A DNA stretch of 64,000 nt from Nitrospirales bacterium (GTDB lineage Bacteria > Nitrospirota > Nitrospiria > Nitrospirales > UBA8639): contig CBDCWC010000002.1 of assembly GCA_965223295.1 (NCBI GenBank), forward strand, positions 416,001 through 480,000. The letters are read 5' to 3'. Positions 1 to 10,664 of this stretch are shown piece by piece. Made by a program: the position numbers and the translations under genes. Each line of letters opens with the position of its first letter. Position 1 is the first letter of the stretch. The notes beneath the pieces were generated by a model that was not told where the DNA came from, did no database searches, and saw only the letters and a program-made list of their open reading frames with translations.

Positions 1-1554
1 TCACTCTGTCAGTTCTTTTTTAGTGAAGGGCTCAAGATTCCAAGTGTGGCCACGTGGTGGTGTGGGCAAACGAATGAACGAGCCTACGTGTTAGAGAACA
101 TGCAGCAGCTCATGATTCGTCGAGTGCTCACGCCGAAGCGCAATCTCTCTCAACGACGTCTTTCTTCGTTTGGTCCAGATTTAACTGACCAGGATGTCCG
201 CGACCTTTCTCAGGCGATTACGAGATGGGGCTATGAATACGTTGGACGGGAAATTGTTTCTCCCTCGACCACTCCATTCTGGGGAACAGAGGATCAGTTA
301 CAACCCGTACCGATGACTCTCCGTCTTTACCTCACCGCAACAAAAGATGGCTATTCTGTGATGCCGGGGGGGTTGGCCCGAGTATCGGTGCAATCTGATC
401 CTCGTGGGCATTGGCACGAGCCCGGAGATTTCAGCAAAGACACCTGGGTGAAGGGAGATCGTGTCTTTGATAGCCATCTCATGGACGCTTCTGCGCAGCA
501 TCCTGTGCTTCTTCGACGAGGCGGGCGGGATCTTCCCAGCAGAACGGCTGATAATCTTTTTTGGCTGGGGCGGTATATCGAACGAGCAGAAGGAGCGATC
601 CGTCTTTTGCGCAGCTTGTTTTCTCGAACAAGCGGGGAAGCAGGCTTGAGTGATGAACCAGACACACTCTCTCGTTTAGTGGCGTTGTTGGTCATGCAAA
701 AGCATTTGTCTCCTAGCCGCGCTAAACGCGCGGTTGAAGGGGGAGCCGATATGGTAGAGGCGGAGCTCAAGACCATTTTGTTTGATCCAGATTCGCCAGA
801 CGGTCTTGCGGTCATTCTGCAAAATGTTCGCCGTACGGCGGAGCTGGTGCGGCATCGCTTGTCGCAAGACACCTGGAATATTTTGGTTGAGCTCACAGGA
901 GTCCCTAAAGAATGGGCTCGGACCAAAGGCCAAAGTATTGATGATGCCATTCGACTGCTTAGCCGAATGATCCAATATTTAGCGGCGGTAAATGGGATGG
1001 TGATGGAGAACATGACGCGTAGTTATGCTTGGCGTTTTTTAGAAATGGGCAGACGTTTAGAACGCGTTCGGCATCTTTCCAAGCTCATTCGACATCTCGC
1101 GATTCGAGGAAATCCCGAAGTCACGGGAAGTCTCAATTTGCTTCTAGAGTTAGCGGACAGTTCTCTAACCTACCGCACCCGTTATAAAGCCGACGCCAAA
1201 CTTGCCGCTGTGCTTGATTTACTTCTCGCGGATGAGACTAATCCGCGTTCTGTGATTTTTCAGATCCTCATATTTGATGAGCATATGGGGGCTCTGCCAT
1301 ATGAAGAGGCGTCTGCCTCACTGAATCCGGCCCAAAAAATTATTACCCGCATTTGTACAGATATTCGATTAACGGACATGATTCAAGTTTCAGAATTTAC
1401 AAAGAATACAAGGGTAAGGGCGAACCTAGTACGGGTGTTGAAACAATTGGATCAAGGAGTCCATCAACTGTCTGATCTCGTAGCCCATACCTATTTTAGT
1501 CATTCCTTGGCACAACGAATATCTGGTCCGCAATGGCTTGAAGGTATTCCGTGA
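1..1554 (+). CDS. Circularly permuted type 2 ATP-grasp protein fused to an alpha-E (DUF403) domain; 5'-truncated by the window edge
   Basis: Frame is open from base 1. Motifs VATWWCG, VMPGGLARV, SKDTWV, then SRTADNLFWLGRYIERAE, MTRSYAWRFLEMGRRLER, NPRSV. Confidence 0.9.
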   Translation, partial: SLCQFFFSEGLKIPSVATWWCGQTNERAYVLENMQQLMIRRVLTPKRNLSQRRLSSFGPDLTDQDVRDLSQAITRWGYEYVGREIVSPSTTPFWGTEDQLQPVPMTLRLYLTATKDGYSVMPGGLARVSVQSDPRGHWHEPGDFSKDTWVKGDRVFDSHLMDASAQHPVLLRRGGRDLPSRTADNLFWLGRYIERAEGAIRLLRSLFSRTSGEAGLSDEPDTLSRLVALLVMQKHLSPSRAKRAVEGGADMVEAELKTILFDPDSPDGLAVILQNVRRTAELVRHRLSQDTWNILVELTGVPKEWARTKGQSIDDAIRLLSRMIQYLAAVNGMVMENMTRSYAWRFLEMGRRLERVRHLSKLIRHLAIRGNPEVTGSLNLLLELADSSLTYRTRYKADAKLAAVLDLLLADETNPRSVIFQILIFDEHMGALPYEEASASLNPAQKIITRICTDIRLTDMIQVSEFTKNTRVRANLVRVLKQLDQGVHQLSDLVAHTYFSHSLAQRISGPQWLEGIP

Positions 1555-2441
1555 TGTATCAAGTCACGCATCGCACAACGTTCACCTATACCCAGCCGGT
1601 GGCTATTTCACATCATGTCTTGCGGTTAGCGTTACGCTCCCATCCTCGGCAACATTGTCTGCGATCAGCTATCGATATTGATCCTGCGCCATCTGTGCGT
1701 TCTAATAGAACAGATTATTTTGGTAATCCCCTCACGCACTTGACGATTCAAACACCGCATTCTGCGCTCGTTGTGGAGGCCCAAACCCTCGTTGATGTTG
1801 TAAAGCCCGACTTGATACATTTGGATCAAAGTCTTCCATGGGATCAGGTTATTCAACAGCTCCAGGGTTCGACCGATGCGGTGGAATTAGATGCACAGCA
1901 GTATTTGTATGATTCTCCTTATGTGACTCTTGATGATGCCACCTATGATTTTGTCTGTGATTGTTTTCCTCCAGGTCGCCCTGTGTTGGCTGGAGTGATG
2001 GATTTGACGAGTAGAATTTTTCGAGATTTTACGTATGAAGGGGGAGTGACTGATGTTTCCACACCCGTTCAGGATGTGTTGATCTCTCGAAAAGGTGTAT
2101 GTCAAGATTTTGCGCATCTGGAAATTGCCGCATTGCGGAGTTTTGGTTTGCCCGCACGGTATATCAGTGGCTATCTATTAACGCATCCTCCCGAGGGACA
2201 AGAGAAATTAATTGGAGCCGATGCTTCTCATGCCTGGCTCTCGGTGTGGTGTCCTGATGTCGGTTGGGTGGATTTTGATCCTACCAATAATTGTATTCCT
2301 AGTGATGAACATATCACCGTGGCTTGGGGTCGTGACTATGGAGATGTCAGCCCCATCAATGGCTTTATGGTAGGTGGCGGACAGCATACGCCTACGGTTT
2401 CCGTGGATGTCTCTCCTGTGAGCCTTCCTTCAATTGTCTAA
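1551..2441 (+). CDS. Transglutaminase family protein (N-terminal bacterial transglutaminase domain + core)
   Basis: Cys-His-Asp triad motifs GVCQDFAH, SHAW, DFDPTNN; GRDYGDV; 4-nt overlap with the upstream gene. Confidence 0.92.
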   Translation: MMYQVTHRTTFTYTQPVAISHHVLRLALRSHPRQHCLRSAIDIDPAPSVRSNRTDYFGNPLTHLTIQTPHSALVVEAQTLVDVVKPDLIHLDQSLPWDQVIQQLQGSTDAVELDAQQYLYDSPYVTLDDATYDFVCDCFPPGRPVLAGVMDLTSRIFRDFTYEGGVTDVSTPVQDVLISRKGVCQDFAHLEIAALRSFGLPARYISGYLLTHPPEGQEKLIGADASHAWLSVWCPDVGWVDFDPTNNCIPSDEHITVAWGRDYGDVSPINGFMVGGGQHTPTVSVDVSPVSLPSIV

Positions 2442-2586
2442 TATCTTGCTCTGCCCCTAGCGTAGAAGACTACTCGGGAGAAACGATTTCTTCTACTGAG
2501 GCCCTTTCAATTTCCACTTCATTTGTGGCATTTTGCCTTGAGTAATCATCCATACTCATTTTTAACCTTATGTAGGTGAACAACGC

Positions 2587-3835
2587 ATGGAATCAAAAAT
2601 GACATATCAGAAGATTGGTTCACACGAAGCCCAGAAGGGAAGCTTCGATAAATGTGTTTTGCTCTATTCGGGGGGGTTAGATACGTCCATTATGCTCAAA
2701 TGGATTCAAGAGGCTTACGATTGTTCTATTGTTGCACTCACTGTGGATGTAGGCCAACTCCATGAAGATCTTGAGGCGATCAAAGCCAAGGCGATGAAGC
2801 TTGGCGCGATAGAAGCTGTCGTCGTTGATGCCAGAAAAGAATTTGCAGAAACCATCCTTTCGCGTGCGATCAAAGCCAATGCAGACTATCAGGGCGGGTA
2901 TCCGCTTTCTACGCCTCTGGCGCGGGTGACCCTTTCAGAAGTGGCTGTTCGTGTGGCGAAAGAGCGGGGCATTAATGTCATTGCCCATGGGTCTACTGGA
3001 AAGGGCAATGATCAGGTTCGATTTGAAAATTATGTGACAACCCTTGATGTCAATATGAAAGTTATTGCACCGGTTCGGGAATGGAGCATGGGGAGAGATG
3101 AACAAATTGATTATGCCAAACAACATAATATTCCTATTAAACAGAACAAGGAGTATTTATATTCACATGACGACAATATGTGGGGTTCCACCAATGAAGG
3201 AGGAGATATTGAAGATCCTGCCTGTATTCCGGATCTCACAAAATTCCTTCAGGTTTGTGTGACTCCGGAACAGGCTCCAGATCAATCGGAGGTTGTGACG
3301 ATTGGTTTTCAGCAGGGGATCCCTTGCTCAATAAATGAGGAAAAACTGTCGTTGTGTCAGATTATTGAAAAAGCCAATGATGCTGGAGCCCGGCATGGAG
3401 TTGGCATTGTCCATTTGACTGAAGATCGTTTGGTCGGATTGAAAGTTCGTGGAGTCTATGAAGCGCCCGGCGCGGAAATTCTTATCAAAGCACATTTCAA
3501 CTTGGAAAAACTCGTGAATACGAGAGATCTGAATGAGCTGAAAAAAACTATTGACGAAAAATGGGCTTATCTGTGTTATGGGGCTAAGTGGTTTGATCCT
3601 TCCATGGATGCCATTCATGCGTTTCAGGATTCAGCAAATCACCGAGTCGAGGGAACAGTCAAGGTGAAGCTGTATAAAGGGAAGGCTGATGTTGTGGCGA
3701 TGGAGTCGCCGTATTCATTGTTTGATGCCAATTTGGCCACATTCAACAAGGATGCGAGCTTTCAATCAAAATGCCTCCGCAGGATTTATTGAGATCTACA
3801 ACCTTCCGCAGAAAATGTATAAGCGCTTTGATTAG
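2587..3835 (+). CDS. argG: Argininosuccinate synthase with an apparent 1-nt insertion frameshift at ~3760-3762 (ORF as read stops at 3792)
   Basis: LYSGGLDTS, HGSTGKGNDQVRFE, KVRGVYEAPG. The conserved tail FNQNASAGFIEIYNL continues in a shifted frame to TAG 3833-3835. Confidence 0.88.
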
Positions 3836-3881
3836 GTGTTTGGTAAACCTGAAGCTATGATGATCAATAGCCTTTAATTAT

Positions 3882-4051
3882 GGGGCACTTCTAAAAACTG
3901 TCCTTTTTCGCGATGGCGGCGTCAACCGCGTGCTCAAGCCTTCGGCGCGCACAGATCCACCGTGCACCCTCATGTATTTCTTTATACACTGTGGTTTTCC
4001 GCGCGCGACTTCCTTGCCTCACACAAAAATCCTAGTTTTTAGGGGTACCCC
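3882..4051. mobile_element. ~170-bp MITE-like non-autonomous element
   Basis: Imperfect terminal inverted repeats GGGGCACTTCTAAAAACT / AGTTTTTAGGGGTACCCC. No coding capacity; lies between convergent genes. Confidence 0.6.
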
Positions 4052-4081
4052 AAGATGTTTCCAGAGTTTTTAAAATCCTCC

Positions 4082-6034
4082 TTAAACTTGAATGTGAAAA
4101 ATTGCAGCAGGTTCTTGATTGGGGTCGAGGCGAATAATGTATTCATTTCCCACGACCTCATGGCGATAGTCTTGTATGAGTTCATGCATCTGATAGGTGG
4201 TGGTTTTCGTTAAGTTCAGATCTTCGAGAGGAATGGTGAGGTGGGCTTCTTGTGTGTGATAAGGGTCCATATTCACAGCACAGAGAAGGATATTGGTTTT
4301 GTCCGGTGTCATTTTTCCATAGAACAGAATGTGCTCATTGTTGCATTCGTAAAATTGTAAGTTCGTAAAAGCCTGTAAGGCTGGGTTGTCCCGACGGATC
4401 TGGTTGATGCGCGTGATATAGTCTCGAATGTTTCCGGGGCGGTCCCAGTCCCAATGCCGGATTTCATATTTTTCGGAATCCTGATATTCCTCGGTACCCG
4501 GAATCGCGCGGTTTTCGCAAAGTTCATAACTATTGTACATGCCATAGGCGGGTGACAAGGTGGCCGCGAGAAAAAAGCGGAACTTGAATGCCGGGCGTCC
4601 GGCCTCCTGAAGGATTGGTGGAAGGATGTCAGGCGTATTGGGGAAAAAGTTTGGCCGAAAATATTCTTTCATCTCACTTTGTGTGAGTTCGGTGAGGTAT
4701 TCAGTCATTTCCTCTTTCGTGTTGCGCCATGTGAAATAGGTATAGGATTGCGTGAAGCCGGCTTTGGCTAGAACTTGCATCATTTTGGGTTTGGTAAAGG
4801 CTTCTGCGAGAAAGATAACGTCAGGATGATCCTGTTGAATTTCTCCAATGAGCCACTCCCAAAAAATAACCGGTTTCGTGTGAGGATTGTCGACTCGAAA
4901 AATTTTCACTCCATGTTCGATCCAAAAAAGGAGCACACGTTTCATTTCTTGCCAGATCTCTTGCCAGGCCTTTGAGTAAAAATCAAAGCCATAAATGTCT
5001 TCATATTTTTTAGGAGGATTTTCAGCATATTTGATGGTGCCGTCGGGACGCTGTTTGAACCATTCTGGATGCTGCGTGACATAGGGATGATCAGGTGTCG
5101 CATTGATTGCAAAATCTAAGGCGATTTCCATTCCATGCTGATGAACGGCTTTGCTCAATCGGTCGAAATCCTCCAGAGTGCCAAGTGTGGGTTCAACGGC
5201 ATCATGGCCGCCATGACGACCGCCAATGGCCCAGGGACTTCCGGGTTCACCTGGTTGAGCGGTGAGACTGTTATTCCGACCTTTCCGATTGGTCTCGCCG
5301 ATAGGATGAATAGGGGTAAGATAGAGGACGTCGAAGCCCATGTCCCGAATAGCGGGAAGGCGTGCTTCACAATCTTTAAAGGTGCCTCCTTGGCCTTCAA
5401 CCGTTCCTTCCGATCGTGGAAAAATCTCATACCAAGCCCCGTAGCGGGCCCGTTCTCGATCGACAACGATGACTAATTCCCGTGGGTAGGTTGACCACGC
5501 TGCCCGTTGTTCATGCAGATCCATGAGCGTAAGGAGCTCGGTATCAAGTGCGATAGCAATTTGCGCCTCTTGGTTTGAGGCACCTTTCCATTTTTCTAAC
5601 CAGCCTTTGAGTGGGGCTTTATCGGTCCCTTTCGTATAACGAATGGCGTTAGTGAGTTGTGCTTGGCCTTCTAATAATTCGCTAGAGAGGTCTGCGATCA
5701 CTCCATGTTTTTTGGTGAGTTCGGCTCTCCAGGTTTCAAAACTTTTAATATAGGCTCCGACGGTATAGAGGTAGCGTGTATTTTCTGAAAGAAGGAAGGA
5801 TCCAGCCCAGCGATCATTGTCGACATGATACATGAGCGTTTCCTGCCATTGCTTGCTGCCCTGAATCTTATAGCGAAGAATGGCTGCGATCGTATCATGG
5901 CCTTCTTTGAATATATCGGCGGTGACTTCCATGGTTTCTCCAACGATGCGTTTAATGGGGTAGCGTCCGCCATCGAGTTCAGGTTCGACATGTTCAATAG
6001 TGATCGTTTGTAAGGTTTTGGGGAGTTTAGACAT
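4082..6034 (-). CDS. glgE: Alpha-1,4-glucan:maltose-1-phosphate maltosyltransferase (GH13_3)
   Basis: WYEIFPRS, GSPWAIG, YAENPPKKYEDI, FRVDNPHTKP, FLAEAFT, NTPDIL. Confidence 0.95.
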   Translation of the reverse strand: MSKLPKTLQTITIEHVEPELDGGRYPIKRIVGETMEVTADIFKEGHDTIAAILRYKIQGSKQWQETLMYHVDNDRWAGSFLLSENTRYLYTVGAYIKSFETWRAELTKKHGVIADLSSELLEGQAQLTNAIRYTKGTDKAPLKGWLEKWKGASNQEAQIAIALDTELLTLMDLHEQRAAWSTYPRELVIVVDRERARYGAWYEIFPRSEGTVEGQGGTFKDCEARLPAIRDMGFDVLYLTPIHPIGETNRKGRNNSLTAQPGEPGSPWAIGGRHGGHDAVEPTLGTLEDFDRLSKAVHQHGMEIALDFAINATPDHPYVTQHPEWFKQRPDGTIKYAENPPKKYEDIYGFDFYSKAWQEIWQEMKRVLLFWIEHGVKIFRVDNPHTKPVIFWEWLIGEIQQDHPDVIFLAEAFTKPKMMQVLAKAGFTQSYTYFTWRNTKEEMTEYLTELTQSEMKEYFRPNFFPNTPDILPPILQEAGRPAFKFRFFLAATLSPAYGMYNSYELCENRAIPGTEEYQDSEKYEIRHWDWDRPGNIRDYITRINQIRRDNPALQAFTNLQFYECNNEHILFYGKMTPDKTNILLCAVNMDPYHTQEAHLTIPLEDLNLTKTTTYQMHELIQDYRHEVVGNEYIIRLDPNQEPAAIFHIQV

Positions 6035-6110
6035 GATTGACTCCGTGGTAACTCAGTGAAAATAAATGGCCCGTGCGTGGAACACGTTCGATCTTATACC
6101 GTTGATTGGA

Positions 6111-9100
6111 TTAGGTTGCTTCTAAAATCTGAAGTATGCCCTCCAAGGGAATTGACACCCAATCCGGACGGTTATTCAATTCATAATTCAATTCATACAA
6201 GGCTTTTTGTAAGATATAGCCATCGAGTAAGAGCTGAATATCTTCTATCGAAGGTGGCAGGATAATCCTGATTTCCTGAATAGATAGATAGGCCTTGAGG
6301 AAGCTGACACTGACCCAGGTCTGCCAAAAGCGAGACCAGGGGGCAAGAAGGATCGCATCTTCCGGACGGACTCCTGCAACGAGTCCGATAGATGAGGTTT
6401 GGGCGGCATAATGAAAGGAGCGCAGCATGCCAGCCACATCCCTCAATGGCGAGTCCTTGAGTTTTCGAACATTGAGTGGTCTGGCCGGCTCTCCTTCAAA
6501 GTCGATAATGATAAAATCTTTTCCAGTATACAGCACTTGTCCCAGATGGTAGTCCCCATGGCAGCGGATTCGTGCGCCTTTCAGCTTATGATCGCGAATA
6601 GTCAACAGGCGTTTTCGGATCTGCCCTTCTCCGGTTAGGACTTGTTTGGCTAAAGCGTTAGTAGGTTCAGGTACATTTTTTAGATGGTTGCGTAAGAGCG
6701 GGAGAGTCAGATTCGCCGTTCCTAGCATACTTTGGTAGAGCCCTCGACGATAAAAATCAGTAAATGGTTCGGGAGTAAATGCATGTTCTTCTTGCGAAGC
6801 AGAAGCTAATGTAGCATGGAGTTCCCCTGTCCTTAACCCTAACAACCGTGCTTCTTCCAGATACGGCCCAATTCGGTCATGAGCTTCTGCTGGGAGGTCT
6901 TCATTCACCAGCGATAGCAACGGTTTGTAAGAGATGGATGATGTTTCGAGAGCATGCGGGTGGGTGAGCGCCTCTTCACAATATCGGCTCATTTCATCCA
7001 AGGTATATTGCCAGACATCACCTTCGTTCTGCACAAATTGCTGTAAGATTCCTAAGGTCAGCAGTTCTCCATTGTCTCGTTGGTATTCGATCGCGCCAGC
7101 CAATGGTGCTGTATGGGAGAACGGCTTCTGACTTAAAAAGCGACCAATTTCTAAATCGGGATTCACTCCGACTTCTACCCGTCGATATAGCTTTAACAAA
7201 AATTGATCGCCAAAGAGGATAGAGGTATTACTTTGCTCTCCTCGCATTAAGGTTGGAGTGAGTTGGGTGCCCTCTGTTTGGAGATGTCGACGAAAGGCTT
7301 TCTGAGTTTGCATGACGAGATCGCCGTGAGGCCCGTTTATGCGTCGACTTCGGGATAAACCCTTTAAGAGTGTCTGTAGAAATTCTTGTTTCCATGTGGC
7401 ATCGATGAGCAATCCTTTGTGTTCAACGTCTTTCTGTTTAATTCGAATTTGAGCAATGGTAGCAGGGGAATCCCATAGGTTTGCGCATTGTTCAACGGGA
7501 ATATATTGCAAGGGTATGAGATAGCTTTCCGGCTCACCCTCGGCGTAATCTACGTGAATGAGGGCTAAGATCGCCTGAGGATCTTCCGGAGGAATGGGAA
7601 TGACTTCAGTAACTTCTGCGGTGTGTATCCTTCGAGCCTTTCCACCGAACCACCGTTGGCTTTGTAGGTGGCGGGGCAAAATCTTTTCGAGTTTGGCTTT
7701 TTCTCGTTTATGAATGAGATGGTCCCAATCCTTTGAAATGGTGATGGAGGGAAGGGCAGATTCAGGTTGAACTGTGGGGAGAGCAACTTCAGCCGAGGAT
7801 GATTCTAAAGAAAACCAATAGAATGTATGGCCTCCAAGCGTGAGTAAGTATGGAAGATCCCCAATAGGAGGGAATTTACTTTGTCCAAACAATGTGAGGG
7901 GTTGCCGGCCTTTGAATTCCGAGAGATCCAGTTCAACCCATTGGGCGTGACGCGATAAATTTGCAGCAACCAAAATTATTTCGTCTTGAAATCGACGAAG
8001 AAAAACAAGAACTTTACGATTGTCGGGATGGAGAAATTCAATCGTTCCCCGGCCAAATACTTTGTACGATTTACGTAATGAGATAATACGCTTCATCCAC
8101 CAAAGCAATGACTGGGCATTGTTTTGCTGAAGGTCTACATTGACAGCTTCATAGTGGTATTCCGGGTCAATCACGATGGGAAGATAGAGTTTCTGAGGGT
8201 TGCCGTAGGAAAATCCAGCATTGCGATCCGCGCTCCATTGCATGGGAGTCCGGACACCGTTGCGATCACCTAAATAAAAATTATCTCCCATACCAATCTC
8301 CTCGCCATAATAAATGACGGGGGTGCCGGGCATAGAAAAGAGCAGACTGTAGATGAGTTCAATTTTCTTGCGGTCATTACCTAAGAGCGGGGCGAGGCGA
8401 CGACGAATTCCTAAGTTGATACGGGCTTGGTGGTCATGTGCGAAGACGCGGTACATGTAGTCACGTTCTTCATCGGTGACCATCTCTAACGTCAGTTCGT
8501 CGTGATTTCGTAGGAATAGGCCCCATTGGCAGGTATCCGGAATGTCTGGAGTCTGGTCGAGAATATCGATGATCGGGAAACGATCTTCCATTTGTATGGA
8601 CATAAACATGCGCGGCATGAGGGGGAAATGAAAATTCATGTGACATTCGTCACCGTCACCAAAATAGGCTGCCGCGTCTTCCGGCCATTGGTTGGCTTCG
8701 GCTAAAAACATGCGATGATCAAAATGCTTCTCGACATGGGTGCGAAGAGTTTTTAAGAAGGCATGGGTCTCAGGAAGATTTTCGCAGTTCGTTCCCTCAC
8801 GTTCATACAGATAGGGCACGGCATCTAACCTTAACCCATCAACACCGATCTCCAGCCAAAAGTCTAAGACGGTAAAGAGAGCTTTTTGAACATCGGGGTT
8901 GTCAAAATTCAGATCTGGCTGATGGGAGAAAAAGCGATGCCAATAATACGCTTTTGCGATTGGATCCCAGGACCAGTTAGAGGTTTCGGTATCTTTGAAA
9001 ATGATGCGAGTATCGGCATAGTCCTCGGCGGTGTCGCTCCAGACATACCAATTTCGCCATTTGCTGCCTGGCGAGGCTTTTCGTGCGCGTTGAAACCAAG

Positions 9101-9446
9101 GGTGTTGGTCAGAGGTGTGATTGACGACTAGTTCGGTAATGACGCGTAGTCCGCGGCGATGTGCTTCACGTACGAAGGCTTGAAAATCACGGCGGTTGCC
9201 ATAGTTTGGATGAATGTTGGTGTAATCTGAAATGTCATATCCATCGTCTCGTAGAGGAGAAGCACAAAACGGGAGGAGCCAAATAGCTGTGATCCCTAAG
9301 TCCTGCAAATATTCCAGTTTTTGGGTGAGACCTTTAAAATCTCCAATGCCGTCCGCATTACTATCGCAAAATGCCCGTACGTGGAGTTCATAAATAATAG
9401 CATCTTTGTACCAAAGAGGATCCTGATCGAGTTGATCATGTATCAT
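6111..9446 (-). CDS. treS: Trehalose synthase (maltose alpha-D-glucosyltransferase) fused to a maltokinase (Pep2/Mak) domain
   Basis: WYKDAIIYE, RLDAVPYL, FLRNHDELTLE. C-terminal EQSNTS, RCHGDYHLGQVL, DFEGEP, RDVAGMLRSF. Confidence 0.95.
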   Translation of the reverse strand: MIHDQLDQDPLWYKDAIIYELHVRAFCDSNADGIGDFKGLTQKLEYLQDLGITAIWLLPFCASPLRDDGYDISDYTNIHPNYGNRRDFQAFVREAHRRGLRVITELVVNHTSDQHPWFQRARKASPGSKWRNWYVWSDTAEDYADTRIIFKDTETSNWSWDPIAKAYYWHRFFSHQPDLNFDNPDVQKALFTVLDFWLEIGVDGLRLDAVPYLYEREGTNCENLPETHAFLKTLRTHVEKHFDHRMFLAEANQWPEDAAAYFGDGDECHMNFHFPLMPRMFMSIQMEDRFPIIDILDQTPDIPDTCQWGLFLRNHDELTLEMVTDEERDYMYRVFAHDHQARINLGIRRRLAPLLGNDRKKIELIYSLLFSMPGTPVIYYGEEIGMGDNFYLGDRNGVRTPMQWSADRNAGFSYGNPQKLYLPIVIDPEYHYEAVNVDLQQNNAQSLLWWMKRIISLRKSYKVFGRGTIEFLHPDNRKVLVFLRRFQDEIILVAANLSRHAQWVELDLSEFKGRQPLTLFGQSKFPPIGDLPYLLTLGGHTFYWFSLESSSAEVALPTVQPESALPSITISKDWDHLIHKREKAKLEKILPRHLQSQRWFGGKARRIHTAEVTEVIPIPPEDPQAILALIHVDYAEGEPESYLIPLQYIPVEQCANLWDSPATIAQIRIKQKDVEHKGLLIDATWKQEFLQTLLKGLSRSRRINGPHGDLVMQTQKAFRRHLQTEGTQLTPTLMRGEQSNTSILFGDQFLLKLYRRVEVGVNPDLEIGRFLSQKPFSHTAPLAGAIEYQRDNGELLTLGILQQFVQNEGDVWQYTLDEMSRYCEEALTHPHALETSSISYKPLLSLVNEDLPAEAHDRIGPYLEEARLLGLRTGELHATLASASQEEHAFTPEPFTDFYRRGLYQSMLGTANLTLPLLRNHLKNVPEPTNALAKQVLTGEGQIRKRLLTIRDHKLKGARIRCHGDYHLGQVLYTGKDFIIIDFEGEPARPLNVRKLKDSPLRDVAGMLRSFHYAAQTSSIGLVAGVRPEDAILLAPWSRFWQTWVSVSFLKAYLSIQEIRIILPPSIEDIQLLLDGYILQKALYELNYELNNRPDWVSIPLEGILQILEAT

Positions 9447-9691
9447 GGAAAGTTAACGCGTCATTGTTGGGAGAAATAATTGACTAGGGAATTTATGAAA
9501 GCCCAGGTGGGATCGCGAACAAATGTAAGACATTGGTGTGAATAAATGATATACAAACAAATCAGCAGGGGGTGCTTGTTCAACAGAAAGAATGTTTCTG
9601 GTCTCTCACTATTTGGCTGAAAAGGAAAAGTCTTGAGAGGTGAAATTTAGTCTCAGTAGGCTTTTCCCTGCTTAAGCGCTGAGATGTTGAT

Positions 9692-10645
9692 TCATGGGTC
9701 AATATTTGAGCCAAAGTGTTGCTTTGAAAAGGTAAGGCGATCTTCTACTGTCTCAAGGTTGAGTCCATATTGTTCAACTAATTGAAGTCGTGTCAAGAGA
9801 CCTGCACGATTGGCTATTTGGATATTGAGCCCTGGTCGTGCATTAAGTTCAAGAATGAGTGGTCCTTTCTCTTTATCCAAGACGAGATCGACGCCTTGAT
9901 AGCCCAAGCCAGTCAATTCATAGGAACGTGCTGCCAGATCTAAAAGTTTTTCCCATTCTGGGACTTGAACGCCTGCTATGGGGCATTCCGTGTCAGGATG
10001 TTCGGTGACAATCTCGTTTAGCCATACTCCACTTAACGTTTTGCCGGAGTTGAGATTTATACCTGCCCCAATGGCTCCTTGATGCAAATTGGCTTTTCCA
10101 TCAGATATTCGGGTTGGAAGCCTGACCATGGCCATGACGGGCACTCCTAAAAAAACAATGATTCGGATATCCGGGACACCTTGAAAACTAATGGCTGCAA
10201 AAACGGGATCAAATTGTACTCGATATTCAATTAAAACTTTGTCTGGGTGTCCTCCCAAGCTGTAGAGGCCGCTGAGGGTATTTGATACATGATGGTCAAG
10301 GTCCTCTTGGTTGATGAGTTGGCCGTTCACTTTTCTGTAGCGGTCATGATGACGCCCTGTGATAACCATAATTCCATCCCCGCCGCTTCCATGTGCTGGT
10401 TTGATGACGAAATCTTCGTATGGTGAGAGTCTGGTACGTAGCTCTCGGACTTGATGCTCAATTTCTATGACTCCGTACAGCGGGGGGACGGCCATTCCGG
10501 CCTCTTGGGCTAGGGTTTTTGTGGTGAGTTTATCATCCACAAGAGGGAAGAGATGGCGTGGATTGTGCCATAAAGTATATTCCGCATTACGACGGTTGAG
10601 GCTCAGGACACCAGCTTGGGCAAGTTTTCTCGCAGTGGCAAACAT
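9692..10645 (-). CDS. Alpha-L-glutamate ligase-like ATP-grasp protein (RimK-related)
   Basis: LVDDKLTTK, FVIKPAHGSGGDGI, GVPDIR, GKANLHQG, LELNARPGLNIQIAN. Confidence 0.9.
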   Translation of the reverse strand: MFATARKLAQAGVLSLNRRNAEYTLWHNPRHLFPLVDDKLTTKTLAQEAGMAVPPLYGVIEIEHQVRELRTRLSPYEDFVIKPAHGSGGDGIMVITGRHHDRYRKVNGQLINQEDLDHHVSNTLSGLYSLGGHPDKVLIEYRVQFDPVFAAISFQGVPDIRIIVFLGVPVMAMVRLPTRISDGKANLHQGAIGAGINLNSGKTLSGVWLNEIVTEHPDTECPIAGVQVPEWEKLLDLAARSYELTGLGYQGVDLVLDKEKGPLILELNARPGLNIQIANRAGLLTRLQLVEQYGLNLETVEDRLTFSKQHFGSNIDP

Positions 10646-10664
10646 GACAAGAGTTACTCACACA

